DNA of 64,000 nt. It comes from Candidatus Aminicenantes bacterium. GTDB taxonomy: Bacteria > Acidobacteriota > Aminicenantia > Aminicenantales > Aminicenantaceae. Under the pieces are notes generated by a model that saw only the letters and a program-made list of their open reading frames with translations, did not search any database and had not been told where the DNA came from. This document shows positions 1 through 10,841 of this stretch, piece by piece. The DNA lies in contig JAGGYH010000090.1 in NCBI GenBank assembly GCA_021162615.1, positions 22,800 to 86,799 on the forward strand. Reading direction: 5' to 3'. The translations under genes and the position numbers were made by a program. How positions within the stretch are numbered: position 1 is the stretch's first letter; each line of letters begins with the position of its first letter.

Positions 1-2
1 CT

Positions 3-167
3 GAACTGCTCATGTATATCTCTCATATTATGACACTGTTTCCCGGTGACATTATAACCACAGGAACTCCATCCGGAGTAGGCCCTATGTCTCCGGGTGA
101 TAGAGTAGATGTTCAGATTGAGGGGATAGGGACCCTGTCGAATAGAGTTATGAGAGTAAAGCCGTAA
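3..167 (+). CDS. C-terminal fragment of a fumarylacetoacetate hydrolase (FAH) family protein; the gene starts left of the window
   Basis: Frame 3 reads [54 protein letters not shown]. The GDxIxTGTPxGVG...G.L.N tail is typical of the FAH fold. Stop TAA at 165-167. Confidence 0.7.
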   Translation, partial: ELLMYISHIMTLFPGDIITTGTPSGVGPMSPGDRVDVQIEGIGTLSNRVMRVKP

Positions 168-249
168 AAGTTATACAGGCTGGACATGAAGGAAAAAATA
201 ATATAAAAAGAGGGAAGGGCATTAAAAAACACCTGAAACGGAGGGAATT

Positions 250-915
250 ATGAAAATTTTTTTAGACACAGCCAATCTGGATCAGATCAAGGAAGCTGTA
301 TCCTGGGGCATTATTGACGGTGTAACAACGAATCCCACTCTTTGTTCAAGAGAAAAAGAAAATTTTAATGACCTGATAAAAAAAATTTGTGATGTGGTCC
401 CTGGCCCTGTTAGCGTGGAATGTGTGGAAAGCCATGCAGAGGAAATCGTAAAAGAGGCCCGAAAGCACTGTGAAATAGCTGAAAATGTTATTGTAAAGAT
501 TCCCATTTGCGTGGAAGGTCTCAAAGCCACCAGAAGATTGTCGGATGAAGGCATCCATGTCAATACGACATTGGTATTTTCTCCAACTCAGGCTTTATTG
601 GCTGCAAAAGCCGGTTCCCGGTACGTAAGCCCTTTTGTCGGCAGGTTGGACGATATCTCCAGCGATGGAATGGCACTTGTGGAACAGCTGGTTCCTATAT
701 TCAATAATTATGGATTTGAGACTGAGATCATCGTCGCCAGCATCCGGCATCCCATGCATGTGGTAGAGGCGGCTCTTATGGGAGCTGATATTGCCACTCT
801 GCCCTTTAATTCCTTGGAAAAGCTGGTGAAACATCCTTTGACAGACAGAGGGATTGAACGCTTTTTGGATGACTGGGAAAAAGTAAAAAAGGCAATGAGC
901 CAGAAAGAAAAATGA
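250..915 (+). CDS. tal: Transaldolase, short type (fructose-6-phosphate aldolase-like, about 220 aa)
   Basis: The N-terminus [31 protein letters not shown] and the 221-aa length match the short transaldolase family. The stop overlaps the next start (ATGA at 912-915). Confidence 0.9.
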   Translation: MKIFLDTANLDQIKEAVSWGIIDGVTTNPTLCSREKENFNDLIKKICDVVPGPVSVECVESHAEEIVKEARKHCEIAENVIVKIPICVEGLKATRRLSDEGIHVNTTLVFSPTQALLAAKAGSRYVSPFVGRLDDISSDGMALVEQLVPIFNNYGFETEIIVASIRHPMHVVEAALMGADIATLPFNSLEKLVKHPLTDRGIERFLDDWEKVKKAMSQKEK

Positions 916-2462
916 CAATCAAAAAAAAGTTAGGGGACATAAGAGAAAAGGAGAAGCTTGCCGAGCTGGGCGGGGGGCCGGAGAGGATAAAGAAACGCCA
1001 TAAGGAGGGGCGCCTCACGGCGAGAGAGAGGATAAAAATACTGCTTGACCAAGGATCTTTTCAGGAGACAGACAAATTTGTTGTCCATCACTGTACGGAT
1101 TTCGGGATGGAGAAAAAGCGCATTTACGGAGACGGAGTGGTTACGGGTTACGGCACTATTGAAGGAAGGACTGTCTTTGTTTTTGCCCAGGATTTCACTG
1201 TATTTGGAGGTTCCTTGAGCAGAGCCAATGCCGGGAAAGTGTGTAAGATAATGGATTTGGCTTTGAAAGCCGGAGCGCCCATCATAGGCCTTAATGATTC
1301 AGGAGGAGCCAGAATACAAGAAGGAGTGTCCAGTTTGGCAGGCTATGCAGATATTTTTCTGAGAAATGTTTTAGCTTCCGGAGTGATCCCTCAAATATCA
1401 GCCATTATGGGTCCTTGTGCCGGTGGGGCTGTTTATTCTCCTGCCATTACGGACTTTATCATAATGACTCAAGGCCTGAGCCGGATGTTCATTACAGGAC
1501 CTGATGTGATAAAAGAAGTCACTCATGAAGAAGTGACTATGGAGGAGCTGGGAGGCGCTGAGACTCACAACAGCCTAAGCGGGGTTGCCCATTTTTCCGC
1601 AGAAAACGAGGAGCAGACCCTGGCTATTACCAAAGAGCTCCTTTCGTTCATTCCGGATAACAATATGGAAGACCCCCCTGAGAAAGAGACCTCAGATCCT
1701 TTTAATAGGGTTGACGATGAGCTGAATAGGATAGTTCCGGACGATCCCAATCTCCCTTATGATATCAGGAAGATAATAAAGAACGTTTTGGACGATAATT
1801 ACTTTTTTGAAGTTCATAGGGACTATGCCAAAAATATAGTGGTTGGTTTTGGACGGCTGGGAAGAAAATCCGTAGGAGTGGTTGCCAATCAGCCTGACCA
1901 TCTGGCCGGTGTGCTTGATATCAATTCATCAGACAAGGGAGCCCGCTTTATAAGGTTCTGTGATGCTTTTAATATACCCCTGATCACCTTTGAGGATGTT
2001 CCCGGATTTTTACCCGGTGTGACACAGGAACACGGGGGGATTATCAGGCACGGAGCCAAGATCCTTTATGCGTTTGCTGAAGCGACCGTTCCTAAAATAA
2101 CCGTGATCACAAGAAAAGCATATGGGGGGGCTTACTGTGTCATGGCCTCAAAACATATCCGGGCTGATATCAATTATGCCTATCCCAATGCGGAAATCGC
2201 TGTTATGGGGTCTAAGGGTGCGGTTCAAATCGTCCACAGAAGAGAGCTGAAAAAAGCTCAAGACCCGGATGCTTTAACAGAACTGAAGGTCAAGGAATTT
2301 AGAGATAAATTTGCCAATCCGTTCGTGGCTGCAGAAAAAGGATATATTGATGAGGTTATTGAGCCCAAGTACACACGGCTGAAGCTCATTGCCGCACTCA
2401 GGATGCTCGAAAACAAACGTGATGAGAACCCTCCAAAGAAACACGGAAACATCCCTCTTTAG
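912..2462 (+). CDS. pccB: Acyl-CoA carboxylase carboxyltransferase subunit (propionyl-CoA carboxylase beta / methylmalonyl-CoA carboxyltransferase 12S family)
   Basis: 516 aa. Family-typical stretches include [33 protein letters not shown] and [20 protein letters not shown]. Confidence 0.88.
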   Translation: MTIKKKLGDIREKEKLAELGGGPERIKKRHKEGRLTARERIKILLDQGSFQETDKFVVHHCTDFGMEKKRIYGDGVVTGYGTIEGRTVFVFAQDFTVFGGSLSRANAGKVCKIMDLALKAGAPIIGLNDSGGARIQEGVSSLAGYADIFLRNVLASGVIPQISAIMGPCAGGAVYSPAITDFIIMTQGLSRMFITGPDVIKEVTHEEVTMEELGGAETHNSLSGVAHFSAENEEQTLAITKELLSFIPDNNMEDPPEKETSDPFNRVDDELNRIVPDDPNLPYDIRKIIKNVLDDNYFFEVHRDYAKNIVVGFGRLGRKSVGVVANQPDHLAGVLDINSSDKGARFIRFCDAFNIPLITFEDVPGFLPGVTQEHGGIIRHGAKILYAFAEATVPKITVITRKAYGGAYCVMASKHIRADINYAYPNAEIAVMGSKGAVQIVHRRELKKAQDPDALTELKVKEFRDKFANPFVAAEKGYIDEVIEPKYTRLKLIAALRMLENKRDENPPKKHGNIPL

Positions 2463-2567
2463 GTCATTTCTGAGAGCCGCTCAAAGGTCTTGTCTCTGCG
2501 TGCTGCCTGAAGATCTCTGGACAAAAACGCACTGAATGGAGTAAGCTAAATAAAAACACGGAAAAAA

Positions 2568-4073
2568 ATGTTCAAAAAGATCTTGATAGCCAACCGGGGC
2601 GAAATCGCAGTAAGAGTCATTAGAGCCTGCCGTGAGCTCGGGATCATTCCTGTTGCTGTTTATTCAGACGCGGACAGCAGGGCTCTTCATGTGAGGCTTT
2701 CCAAGGAAGCATACAGGCTTGGGGGGTCGAAGCCTTCGGAAAGTTATCTGAATATGGATAGGATCATTGAGGCTGCCAGAAAATCTAAAGCTGAAGCTGT
2801 CCATCCAGGATACGGATTTCTTGCTGAAAATTCTGATTTTGCCAGAAAGTGTGAGCAGGAAGGTTTGATATTCATTGGCCCGTCTTCCGAGTCTATACGC
2901 ATCATGGGAAACAAGACACAGGCGCGTCAAAAAATGGTTCAAGCCGGAGTACCTGTGATTCCCGGGACGCTTGAGCCTTTATCAGGCGAGAAAGACCTTA
3001 TTGAACAGGCGGAAAAAATAGGTTTTCCTCTTCTGTTGAAAGCCGCAGCCGGAGGCGGAGGAAAAGGATTGAGGCTTGTTAAAGAGAGAAAAGACCTGTT
3101 GCCTTCATTCAGGCTTGCTAAATCAGAATCCGAAGCAAGCTTTGGAGATTCCTCTGTATATATAGAAAAATATATTCAGGAGCCCCATCATATAGAAGTG
3201 CAGATACTTGCTGACCGATTCGGACATACTGTTTCTTTAGGCGAAAGAGAGTGCTCCATACAAAGGCGTTATCAGAAGGTCATGGAGGAAACTCCCTCCC
3301 CTTTTCTCGATGATGATACAAGAAAAAAAATGGAAGAAGTGGCTGTTGAAGCAGCCAGAGCTGTGAAGTATCAGAATGCAGGGACTGTTGAATTTGTTGT
3401 TAATGGAGAGAAAAATTTCTATTTCTTGGAGATGAATACCAGGCTTCAGGTTGAGCATCCCATAACAGAAATGGTAACAGGAATTGATATCGTTAAAAAT
3501 CAGATAAAAATAGCGTATGGAAACAAGCTGCCTTTTTCACAAAAGGAGGTGCTTCCGAGAGGAGCCTCCCTGGAATGCCGTATTTATGCCGAGGATCCCT
3601 ACAATGATTTTATGCCCTCTCCAGGCAAAATAAAAAGGCTGCGGTCTCCTTCCGGAGGGCTTGGGCTTAGGTATGACAATGGGACCTATGAAGGATATGA
3701 AGTGCCGCTGGATTATGACCCCCTGCTTTCAAAGGTAATAACATGGGGAGCCACAAGAGAAGAAGCGATTCGCCGCATGCAGAGAGCTTTATCAGAATAT
3801 CAGGTATACGGTATTGTGACGATTATTCCTTTATTCAAGCGCATCCTTTTCCATCCGGATTTTTATAAAGGGGATTATAATACCCATTTTATGGAAAGGC
3901 TGGAGAAAGAGAGTGAGAAACCCGGAATTGAGGAACAGAATGTGGCTCTTATAGCTGCCGGAATAAAGAGCTATACAAGCAGCCGGACATTTTCTTTTAA
4001 ACCAGGGGGGAGAAAACCTGCAAGCAACTGGAAGATCCAGGGACGTATGAAAGCGTTGTCAAGGAACCTGTAA
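2568..4073 (+). CDS. accC: Biotin carboxylase (ATP-grasp) subunit
   Basis: MFKKILIANRGEIAVRVIRACRELGI, HPGYGFLAEN, GGGGKG and EMNTRLQVEHPITE are classic biotin carboxylase motifs. At 501 aa it has a C-terminal extension. Confidence 0.92.
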   Translation: MFKKILIANRGEIAVRVIRACRELGIIPVAVYSDADSRALHVRLSKEAYRLGGSKPSESYLNMDRIIEAARKSKAEAVHPGYGFLAENSDFARKCEQEGLIFIGPSSESIRIMGNKTQARQKMVQAGVPVIPGTLEPLSGEKDLIEQAEKIGFPLLLKAAAGGGGKGLRLVKERKDLLPSFRLAKSESEASFGDSSVYIEKYIQEPHHIEVQILADRFGHTVSLGERECSIQRRYQKVMEETPSPFLDDDTRKKMEEVAVEAARAVKYQNAGTVEFVVNGEKNFYFLEMNTRLQVEHPITEMVTGIDIVKNQIKIAYGNKLPFSQKEVLPRGASLECRIYAEDPYNDFMPSPGKIKRLRSPSGGLGLRYDNGTYEGYEVPLDYDPLLSKVITWGATREEAIRRMQRALSEYQVYGIVTIIPLFKRILFHPDFYKGDYNTHFMERLEKESEKPGIEEQNVALIAAGIKSYTSSRTFSFKPGGRKPASNWKIQGRMKALSRNL

Positions 4074-4074
4074 T

Positions 4075-4566
4075 ATGGATATCTCTTTTGTATATAATAA
4101 AAAAGAATTCAAATTGAACTTTGAAGAGGCCCAGAGCGGACATCTCCAGATAACTGTTAATAAAAAGAAATATGATGTTTCTGTTGAATTCTTTTCAGGA
4201 GAGGAAATGCTCTTGAAAATAGGATCCAGGGTTTATGACGTGATAGTGAATCAGAATTCCAATTCATATAATGTCTGCATGAAGGGAAAGAGCATCAAGG
4301 TGGACAAAGCATCACCCTTTCAAACGATCAGAAACAGCTTTGGGAGCACCAGGAGAATGGATGTAAAGACATCCATGCCGGGAAGAGTCGTCGAGCTGCT
4401 GCTCAGGGAAGGAGACAACGTGAAAGAAGGTAGTCCGGTACTGGTGCTGGAAGCCATGAAAATGCAGAATGAAATAAAATCGCCCCGAAAAGGACGGATA
4501 AAAAGCATATATCCTAAGGCCGGAGATTCGGTCGAAGCGGGGGCTGTATTGTTTTCTGTTGAGTAA
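4075..4566 (+). CDS. Biotin carboxyl carrier protein with an N-terminal BT-like domain
   Basis: The C-terminal biotinyl domain carries the EAMKMQNEI motif (biotinylated Lys). The gene starts 1 nt after the accC stop. Confidence 0.85.
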   Translation: MDISFVYNKKEFKLNFEEAQSGHLQITVNKKKYDVSVEFFSGEEMLLKIGSRVYDVIVNQNSNSYNVCMKGKSIKVDKASPFQTIRNSFGSTRRMDVKTSMPGRVVELLLREGDNVKEGSPVLVLEAMKMQNEIKSPRKGRIKSIYPKAGDSVEAGAVLFSVE

Positions 4567-4683
4567 ATCCTATAAAAAATCAGATTGCATAAGATTGTTT
4601 GATAAAAGGGGCCAGCTCTCCTTATAAAATTTGTATTTTTTATGAAAAATGATATATTTGTGGAGTGAGATGCTGATTGGGAT

Positions 4684-7600
4684 ATGAACAAAAGAAACAG
4701 ACTTAAAGGACTGATATTCTTCGCGATAACACTGATATTGATCTTTACGGTTTTTATTCTGGCAAGAAATGTCCTTTTGGTTCAGATAAAACAGAAAATC
4801 AATTCCAGCTTAAAATACAACGAGCTGTTTTTCTCTTCTTTTCCTCCGGCTTTGGTTATCGAAGAAGCTGAGTCTCATTCATCAAACCCTTATTTTTCCG
4901 CCAGAAAGATATCCGTAAGTCTTTCGTTAAAGTCAATTATCTCCAGAGGGAAACCCCTAAAAATAGTGATCGAAGAGCCTGAATTAAAGCTGTCACAATT
5001 AGGGAAAAGGCCGCAGGCTCTTGGAAAAAAAGAGGCGGATTTTACTATTCCGGTTTTCATAGAAAAAATGCTTTTAAAAAGCGGCAAGGTTACTTATGAG
5101 ACCCAAAGCCTGCGTCTGCATTCAGAGGGAATCAACGCTGTTTTCTCTCAAAACAAGAACAACTTTACACTTTATTCCGAGATTAAAGAAAACGATTTGT
5201 CTCTAAAAAAATTAGAGAGAAATATCAGGTGTAATCTATCTTTGGCCCTCAGCGGAAGAGGAAGAAAATTGACTTTACAGAGGTTTCATGTGAAGGGTCC
5301 TGATGGGATCATAAAAGCCGGCGGGACCATAGATGATATTTTTAATCCGGAAATGGAGCTGGCCACATCAAGCGTTATCGATTCTTCTCTGGCCGCTGTT
5401 CTGCTGAAGATTCCTTTTGATTGGTCAGGAGACATCAAAGAAAAAGGCATTGTGATTAGGAGAGACAAAGAGCTTTCATATAGGGGGCAAATAGCAAGTC
5501 CGTCCATTGATTTGAATAGAGTTTATATGGGGAACGTAAACGGCCGGGTCGAGTATAATGATCAGGAAGGGGGACACGTCACAATCTCCCTAAGGAATAA
5601 GGCAGGAGGCCATGGTGATATCAGCATTGATTTTGATAAGAACAGTGTCCGGGGGAGAGTCAATGGGGTTTCCATACAGCCGATAGCCAATGAAATTTCC
5701 ATACCCTGGCCGGTTTATTCTAAGGCGCGGGGTGAGTTTTCACTGGTGAAGAAAAGGCTTGTTGTCAATGCGGATTTTAAGGACAGTACAGAAAGAATCG
5801 AATCTCGAAAGTTCCCCGCAAATGGTTCAGTCAGGGTTGAGTGGGATGGAGATAAAGACGTACTGTTTTCGTCTCCTGATATTAAGACCAGTTTTGGAGA
5901 TCTCAATATTGACGGCAGTTTGAAGGTAAACCGCAGTCTGGATATAACGATAAAAGGCGGGATCACGGACATCAAACAGGCCAGAGAGTTTACCGGATTG
6001 ATCTTGAGAAAGAAATTCAAATTCCCGGAAATAAGAGGAAATGGCGAGGCTGAGATCCATATTTTCGGCGATTTTGCGGCCCCCCAGGTAAAGTCAGATT
6101 TTTCAATGGCCCAGGCAAGTTTTGGCGAACTCGATGCCGAATATGCCAAAGGAACCATAGAGCTTATCAAAGATGATTTTTTTGGAAGATTTGATATTGA
6201 GGATCCGGCTTTTAAAGGAACAGTGGGTTTGTTTACGAACCCCACTGAAACCAGAGTGGAGATCCTATGTGAGAGAGGGGAGACAGGGGTTGTTCTCCCT
6301 GCTTTGGGCATCTCTCTTCCTGTACACGGCCGGGGCTCAGGCAGTTTTGAGTATATGGAAAAAAAGGATGGGACAGTGTTCAATGGAGTATTTACAGGCA
6401 AAGACATAGAATTTGCAGGGCAGTCTCTATCAAATGTATACGGCCGAATAAAGGGAGATGATGATTCCGTAGAATTCCCTGAATTAAATTTTAATTTGCT
6501 TGGAGGAAGGGTTGAAGGAAATTTGTTTCTGAATACATCTGCGGAAAATTTTAATATAGATTTCAAAGGAAAAGATATAGATCTCTCATCAGTAAGTGAA
6601 AATCTAAAAGGAATCTTCAATTTTAATATAAAAGGAGATGGTGAGTTTGGCAGGGATTTTATCTTAGGCTCTTATGATATCAGGGATTTGGAATTTGCTT
6701 CATTCGATAAGACAGGGACTCAGGGGAAAATTAAGATCGGTTACGATAAAGAGAAGATCAGTATGCAGATGGATGGGAATTTTGTTCCCGGCGAAAATGA
6801 TTTTTTATGGAAAATGGACATTCCCCTCAATAAAAAAGAGGAGGTAACCGGTAAGATAGAAGGCTCTCTCAGAAATCTTGATATTCTGCTTCCCTGGAAG
6901 GGCACGAAAGCAGAACTCAATTATCTATTGAACTTGAGGGTTCCCTCAGGGAAGCCTGAGGTCAAAGGAGTAATAGATTTCCAGGGATCTCAACTGCCTT
7001 TTCCTCATTTTGCCCATGCGCTTGAAGATTTTTCAGGCCTTGTTTTTGTGAACAGCAGCGATCTGTCCATTCGTTCTGTTAAAGGCAAACTAGGCGGCGG
7101 GACTATTGAAGCCTCAGGAAATGTACGTTTAGGGAAGTCCGGAGTCGAATATATAAATGTGAATGCCCATGGAGACCAGATGATGCTTTCTATCCTCGAG
7201 AGGACCAGAGTTCTTACTAACGGAGACATAAATCTTGTAAAGGATGATACGAGATTTGTTGTTAATGGTGATCTTTTTATAGAAAAGCTGCTGTGGAGAA
7301 GGGAACTGAATGAGGGATTTTCATTCTCATCTGAAGCTTACCCATCTTATTCACAGGAGCCTGGTTTTTTTGATGATCTGAATTTGAATATTCGTCTGAG
7401 AGCGGATAAGGATGCCTGGATGGAGAATTCACTGGGGAGTATACAGACAGGTTTTGATTTGAACATAAAAGGCAGTATTTTCAGCCCTATTATCCAGGGT
7501 GAGATAGATGCGATAAACGGGACTGTTTATTTTCAGGATAGAGAATTCAATTTGCTGCAGGGAAGAGTGAGCTTTTTTAATCCTGCAAGTATAGATCCGT

Positions 7601-8097
7601 ATCTTAACTTTAAAGGGGAGACATATGTAAAGAATTATCATGTGACTTTTTCTCTGGACGGTCCTTTGAGCAATCTTAGACCGGAATTCAGCTCTTCTCC
7701 CTCTCTTCCTTCGGAAGATGTCCTGGCCCTTCTGGCATTAGGCCAGGCTTTTAAACGGACCTATCATTATGACCGAAGTATAGGGCAGAGCACAGCATCT
7801 CTTCTTTCTTTCCAGCTTTCTGAGGAAGCCAAAAAAAGGGCCGAAGAGCTTTTCAAAATAGACAGGTTTAGAATCGATCCTTTTATCATGGGATCTTCCG
7901 CTGAAATGACAGCCAGGTTAACACTTGGGAAAAAGCTGTCAAAGAATTTTTTCATTCTTTATTCAACCAATCTTGCCGCGCAGAGGGATGATATCACGCG
8001 TATCGAGTGGGAGCTGTCAAACGATTTTTCAATTGTCGGCACCAGGGACGAAACAGGAAGGATTAGCTTTGATGTCAAAATTCACAGACGGTTTTAG
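4684..8097 (+). CDS. tamB: Translocation and assembly module protein TamB (AsmA-like, DUF490 C-terminus)
   Basis: 1137 aa with one N-terminal TM anchor (LIFFAITLILIFTVFIL) and a long beta-rich body. The C-terminal tail ...ITRIEWELSNDFSIVGTRDETGRISFDVKIHRRF is typical of TamB/DUF490. It sits directly upstream of bamA. Confidence 0.8.
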   Translation: MNKRNRLKGLIFFAITLILIFTVFILARNVLLVQIKQKINSSLKYNELFFSSFPPALVIEEAESHSSNPYFSARKISVSLSLKSIISRGKPLKIVIEEPELKLSQLGKRPQALGKKEADFTIPVFIEKMLLKSGKVTYETQSLRLHSEGINAVFSQNKNNFTLYSEIKENDLSLKKLERNIRCNLSLALSGRGRKLTLQRFHVKGPDGIIKAGGTIDDIFNPEMELATSSVIDSSLAAVLLKIPFDWSGDIKEKGIVIRRDKELSYRGQIASPSIDLNRVYMGNVNGRVEYNDQEGGHVTISLRNKAGGHGDISIDFDKNSVRGRVNGVSIQPIANEISIPWPVYSKARGEFSLVKKRLVVNADFKDSTERIESRKFPANGSVRVEWDGDKDVLFSSPDIKTSFGDLNIDGSLKVNRSLDITIKGGITDIKQAREFTGLILRKKFKFPEIRGNGEAEIHIFGDFAAPQVKSDFSMAQASFGELDAEYAKGTIELIKDDFFGRFDIEDPAFKGTVGLFTNPTETRVEILCERGETGVVLPALGISLPVHGRGSGSFEYMEKKDGTVFNGVFTGKDIEFAGQSLSNVYGRIKGDDDSVEFPELNFNLLGGRVEGNLFLNTSAENFNIDFKGKDIDLSSVSENLKGIFNFNIKGDGEFGRDFILGSYDIRDLEFASFDKTGTQGKIKIGYDKEKISMQMDGNFVPGENDFLWKMDIPLNKKEEVTGKIEGSLRNLDILLPWKGTKAELNYLLNLRVPSGKPEVKGVIDFQGSQLPFPHFAHALEDFSGLVFVNSSDLSIRSVKGKLGGGTIEASGNVRLGKSGVEYINVNAHGDQMMLSILERTRVLTNGDINLVKDDTRFVVNGDLFIEKLLWRRELNEGFSFSSEAYPSYSQEPGFFDDLNLNIRLRADKDAWMENSLGSIQTGFDLNIKGSIFSPIIQGEIDAINGTVYFQDREFNLLQGRVSFFNPASIDPYLNFKGETYVKNYHVTFSLDGPLSNLRPEFSSSPSLPSEDVLALLALGQAFKRTYHYDRSIGQSTASLLSFQLSEEAKKRAEELFKIDRFRIDPFIMGSSAEMTARLTLGKKLSKNFFILYSTNLAAQRDDITRIEWELSNDFSIVGTRDETGRISFDVKIHRRF

Positions 8098-10840
8098 ATC
8101 GAGTCACAGCTCTTTTTGCACTGCCCTGTTTTCCTTTTTGCTGGTAATTTTTTTAAGTTCGCCTCTGTTTTCCTCTGTTTTTTCTGGAAATGCCGTGTAC
8201 ATCCGCAGTGTCCATGTGGAGCTTGACGGTGAACCTGCAGAGTCGCAGATCGCGGAATTAGTAACATTGGAAACAGGAGACATCCTCTCTTTTTTCAGTA
8301 TGAGCGAGGTTGTTAAAAGGCTTTACAAAACAGGTCTTTTTTCTGACATACAGGTCGAAAAAAAGGGGGAGGAGCAGGCAGATCTCACATTCATTTTGAC
8401 AAGCCAGCCGTATGTAAACCGTATCATTTTTCTCGGAAGCGAAAAAATTTCTCCGGCAAAACTCAGACATCAGCTTTTATCCCTTAAAGAAGGGGATCCC
8501 TATTACGAGGGGAAATTAAAAAAAGCGGTTGAGGAGTTGAAGACAATATTAATACAAAGAGGGAAATACAATCCGGCCATAGAGGCTTACAGCGAACCCA
8601 CTGATGAACCATCGCAGGTGGATGTTTTTTTTGAAATACAGGGAGGAAAAGAATACATAGTCAAGGATATACACTTCAGGGGAGATGTCATTTTTCAGGA
8701 GGCTAAGCTTAAAAAAGAGATGAATATTAAAATCGGCGGTCTGTATGTAAAGTCGACTCTCCAGAAGGATATGGATAATCTGAAGGACCTGTACAGCTCA
8801 ATGGGTTATCAGCGTGTGGAAATACAGGCCCAGGAAGATTTTCAGGAAAAAAACGGTTTCGTATCTTTGGTTGTTGATTTGGAGGCTCATGAAAAAATAG
8901 ATATCATCATTCAGGGCGCAGAAGTTCCCTTAAGCCTCATACGGCCTATTTGGGAGACGAATATTTTTATGGAATGGGGGATTGACCAGGGAAAGACCAA
9001 GATCATCAAATATATGCATAAGAAAGGATATCTGTTTTGCAGTGTACGTGGTTCTGTTGCAAGGGAAGAAAACACCATTAAGATCATCTACAAGGTATTT
9101 CCAGGGGATAAATACAAGATAAATGATATTATTTTTAACAAATCGGAGTATTTCAGCCCTGATGAATTAAAGTCGCAGCTTGCTTTAGGAGAAAACGCTC
9201 CTCTTCTCAGCAGCATTACCGGAGATCGGTTGTTTGAACTGCCGTCAGAGATTGAATCTCTTTACGAGACTCAGGGTTTTCCTGATACAAGAATAGCTCT
9301 GAATTTCAGAAAGTACAAAAAAAAGATCGATGCTATTTTTTTTATTGAAGAAGGAGTCCAGAATATAACAAAGAAAATATCTTTTAAGGGAGCGGAGAAT
9401 GTCAGTACAGAAGTGCTCCTTGAAAACATAGAAACATTCGAGGGGGGGCCTTTTTATCAACCCAGGGTACAAAAGGATACTGAAAATCTGGAAAATCTCT
9501 ATTTGAACATGGGATACAGGGGAACTGAGATCAAATCAAGTACAGAGAAGGCCGGAGAAAACTCTTTTAATATTGAATTTGAGGTCAAGGAAGGGGAAAG
9601 AGTCAGGATCAAGGATATCATTATCACAGGTAATAAAACAACCAGGAATAACACCATTCTCCGTGAAGTTCTGTTTCAACCGGGTGATTATGCCCGCAGC
9701 GATGAGATAAGGAACACCAAAAGACGGATTTCAAATCTTGGTATTTTCACAAAAGTCACGATTGAAGAAATATCTCTTGACAAGGGGTGGGAGAATTTAT
9801 TGATCAGCGTGAAAGAGGGGCAGAGACACTATGTCAGTCTGGGTGTGGGATTGGAAACAAAGAACGAACCGCGGTCTTTCCAGGCTTGGGACAGTATAAT
9901 AAGGCCGAGAGGGACTGCTGAACTTATAAGGGGGAATATATTCGGCTCAGGAGCCCAGCTCTCGCTTGTGGGCCAGGTCAGCCTTAGAGAAAAAAGAGCG
10001 GCTTTATCCTGGGAGCAGCCGTATTTTTTCGGGATTCCTATTGATACCTATCTTAACGCCTGGCTTGAGCGGGAGAGCAGGACGAGTTACAGTTTCGACC
10101 GGAGGGGCATCAGCCTTTCTGTTTTAAAGCCCATAGCAAGGGATGAGAATAAAATATTTATGTTCACATTAAGATTTGCACAGACTTCTTTATTCGAATT
10201 GAAAATATCCGAATCAGAAGTGGACAGGCAGCATTTTCCTTTTTCAGCAACCTCGATTTCCGGAAGCATCATTTGGGATAAAAGAGATGATTCGTTTAAT
10301 CCGGGGAGAGGGTATTTTGCTTCTACGGTTTTAGAATGGGCTTATCCCTTGTTTCATGCGGAATCGAATTATTTAAAACTTTTTACCAAATATCAGCAAT
10401 TTTTACCGCTTTTGCCCAAAGTTACATTCAGTATGACATCAAGAGTGGGGCTGGGAATGGGGAGGATGCCCATTCATGAAAGATTTTTTGCAGGCGGAAG
10501 TAATTCTTTCAGAGGCACCTCGTTTGATGAATTAGGGCCTAAAGACCCTGTATCTCTTGAACCTGTGGGCGGCAAAGCGGTCATATTAGTGAATTTTGAG
10601 CTGACCTTTCCTGTCACTCCCAAGTTAGAAAACCTTTACGGAGCTGTTTTCTATGACAAAGGAAACGTGTTTTATAAAAGGAGCCAGGTTGATTTTAAAG
10701 GGCTGCAGGATGCCGTGGGGGTCGGCTTCAGATACAAGACTCCTCTGGGGCCTGTTCGCCTTGAACTGGGATGGAGCTTCGATGCCCGGGAGGGGGAAAA
10801 GCAGCCTCTTGTTATCATTGCCATAGGTCATGTGTTTTAA
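8072..10840 (+). CDS. bamA: Outer membrane protein assembly factor BamA (Omp85 family) with an expanded POTRA array
   Basis: Signal-like N-terminus (FCTALFSFLLVIFLSSPLFSSVFSG), repeated POTRA-like units, an Omp85 barrel with RFFAGGSNSFRG, and a terminal aromatic (..AIGHVF). I prefer the ATG at 8072 because the ORF-track start at 7925 lies inside tamB. Confidence 0.85.
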   Translation: MSKFTDGFRSSHSSFCTALFSFLLVIFLSSPLFSSVFSGNAVYIRSVHVELDGEPAESQIAELVTLETGDILSFFSMSEVVKRLYKTGLFSDIQVEKKGEEQADLTFILTSQPYVNRIIFLGSEKISPAKLRHQLLSLKEGDPYYEGKLKKAVEELKTILIQRGKYNPAIEAYSEPTDEPSQVDVFFEIQGGKEYIVKDIHFRGDVIFQEAKLKKEMNIKIGGLYVKSTLQKDMDNLKDLYSSMGYQRVEIQAQEDFQEKNGFVSLVVDLEAHEKIDIIIQGAEVPLSLIRPIWETNIFMEWGIDQGKTKIIKYMHKKGYLFCSVRGSVAREENTIKIIYKVFPGDKYKINDIIFNKSEYFSPDELKSQLALGENAPLLSSITGDRLFELPSEIESLYETQGFPDTRIALNFRKYKKKIDAIFFIEEGVQNITKKISFKGAENVSTEVLLENIETFEGGPFYQPRVQKDTENLENLYLNMGYRGTEIKSSTEKAGENSFNIEFEVKEGERVRIKDIIITGNKTTRNNTILREVLFQPGDYARSDEIRNTKRRISNLGIFTKVTIEEISLDKGWENLLISVKEGQRHYVSLGVGLETKNEPRSFQAWDSIIRPRGTAELIRGNIFGSGAQLSLVGQVSLREKRAALSWEQPYFFGIPIDTYLNAWLERESRTSYSFDRRGISLSVLKPIARDENKIFMFTLRFAQTSLFELKISESEVDRQHFPFSATSISGSIIWDKRDDSFNPGRGYFASTVLEWAYPLFHAESNYLKLFTKYQQFLPLLPKVTFSMTSRVGLGMGRMPIHERFFAGGSNSFRGTSFDELGPKDPVSLEPVGGKAVILVNFELTFPVTPKLENLYGAVFYDKGNVFYKRSQVDFKGLQDAVGVGFRYKTPLGPVRLELGWSFDAREGEKQPLVIIAIGHVF

Positions 10841-10841
10841 A

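Noticed and set aside
5715-6620. 301-aa minus-strand ORF inside tamB
   Set aside because: It is antisense to a well-supported long gene. Its Ser/Pro/Leu-rich low-complexity translation has no recognisable motif or RBS, which is typical of a shadow ORF.
7925-8071. N-terminal 49-codon extension of the BamA ORF suggested by the ORF track
   Set aside because: It lies wholly inside the conserved TamB C-terminus in another frame. The ATG at 8072 is followed at once by a signal-peptide-like segment and preceded by a purine-rich stretch.
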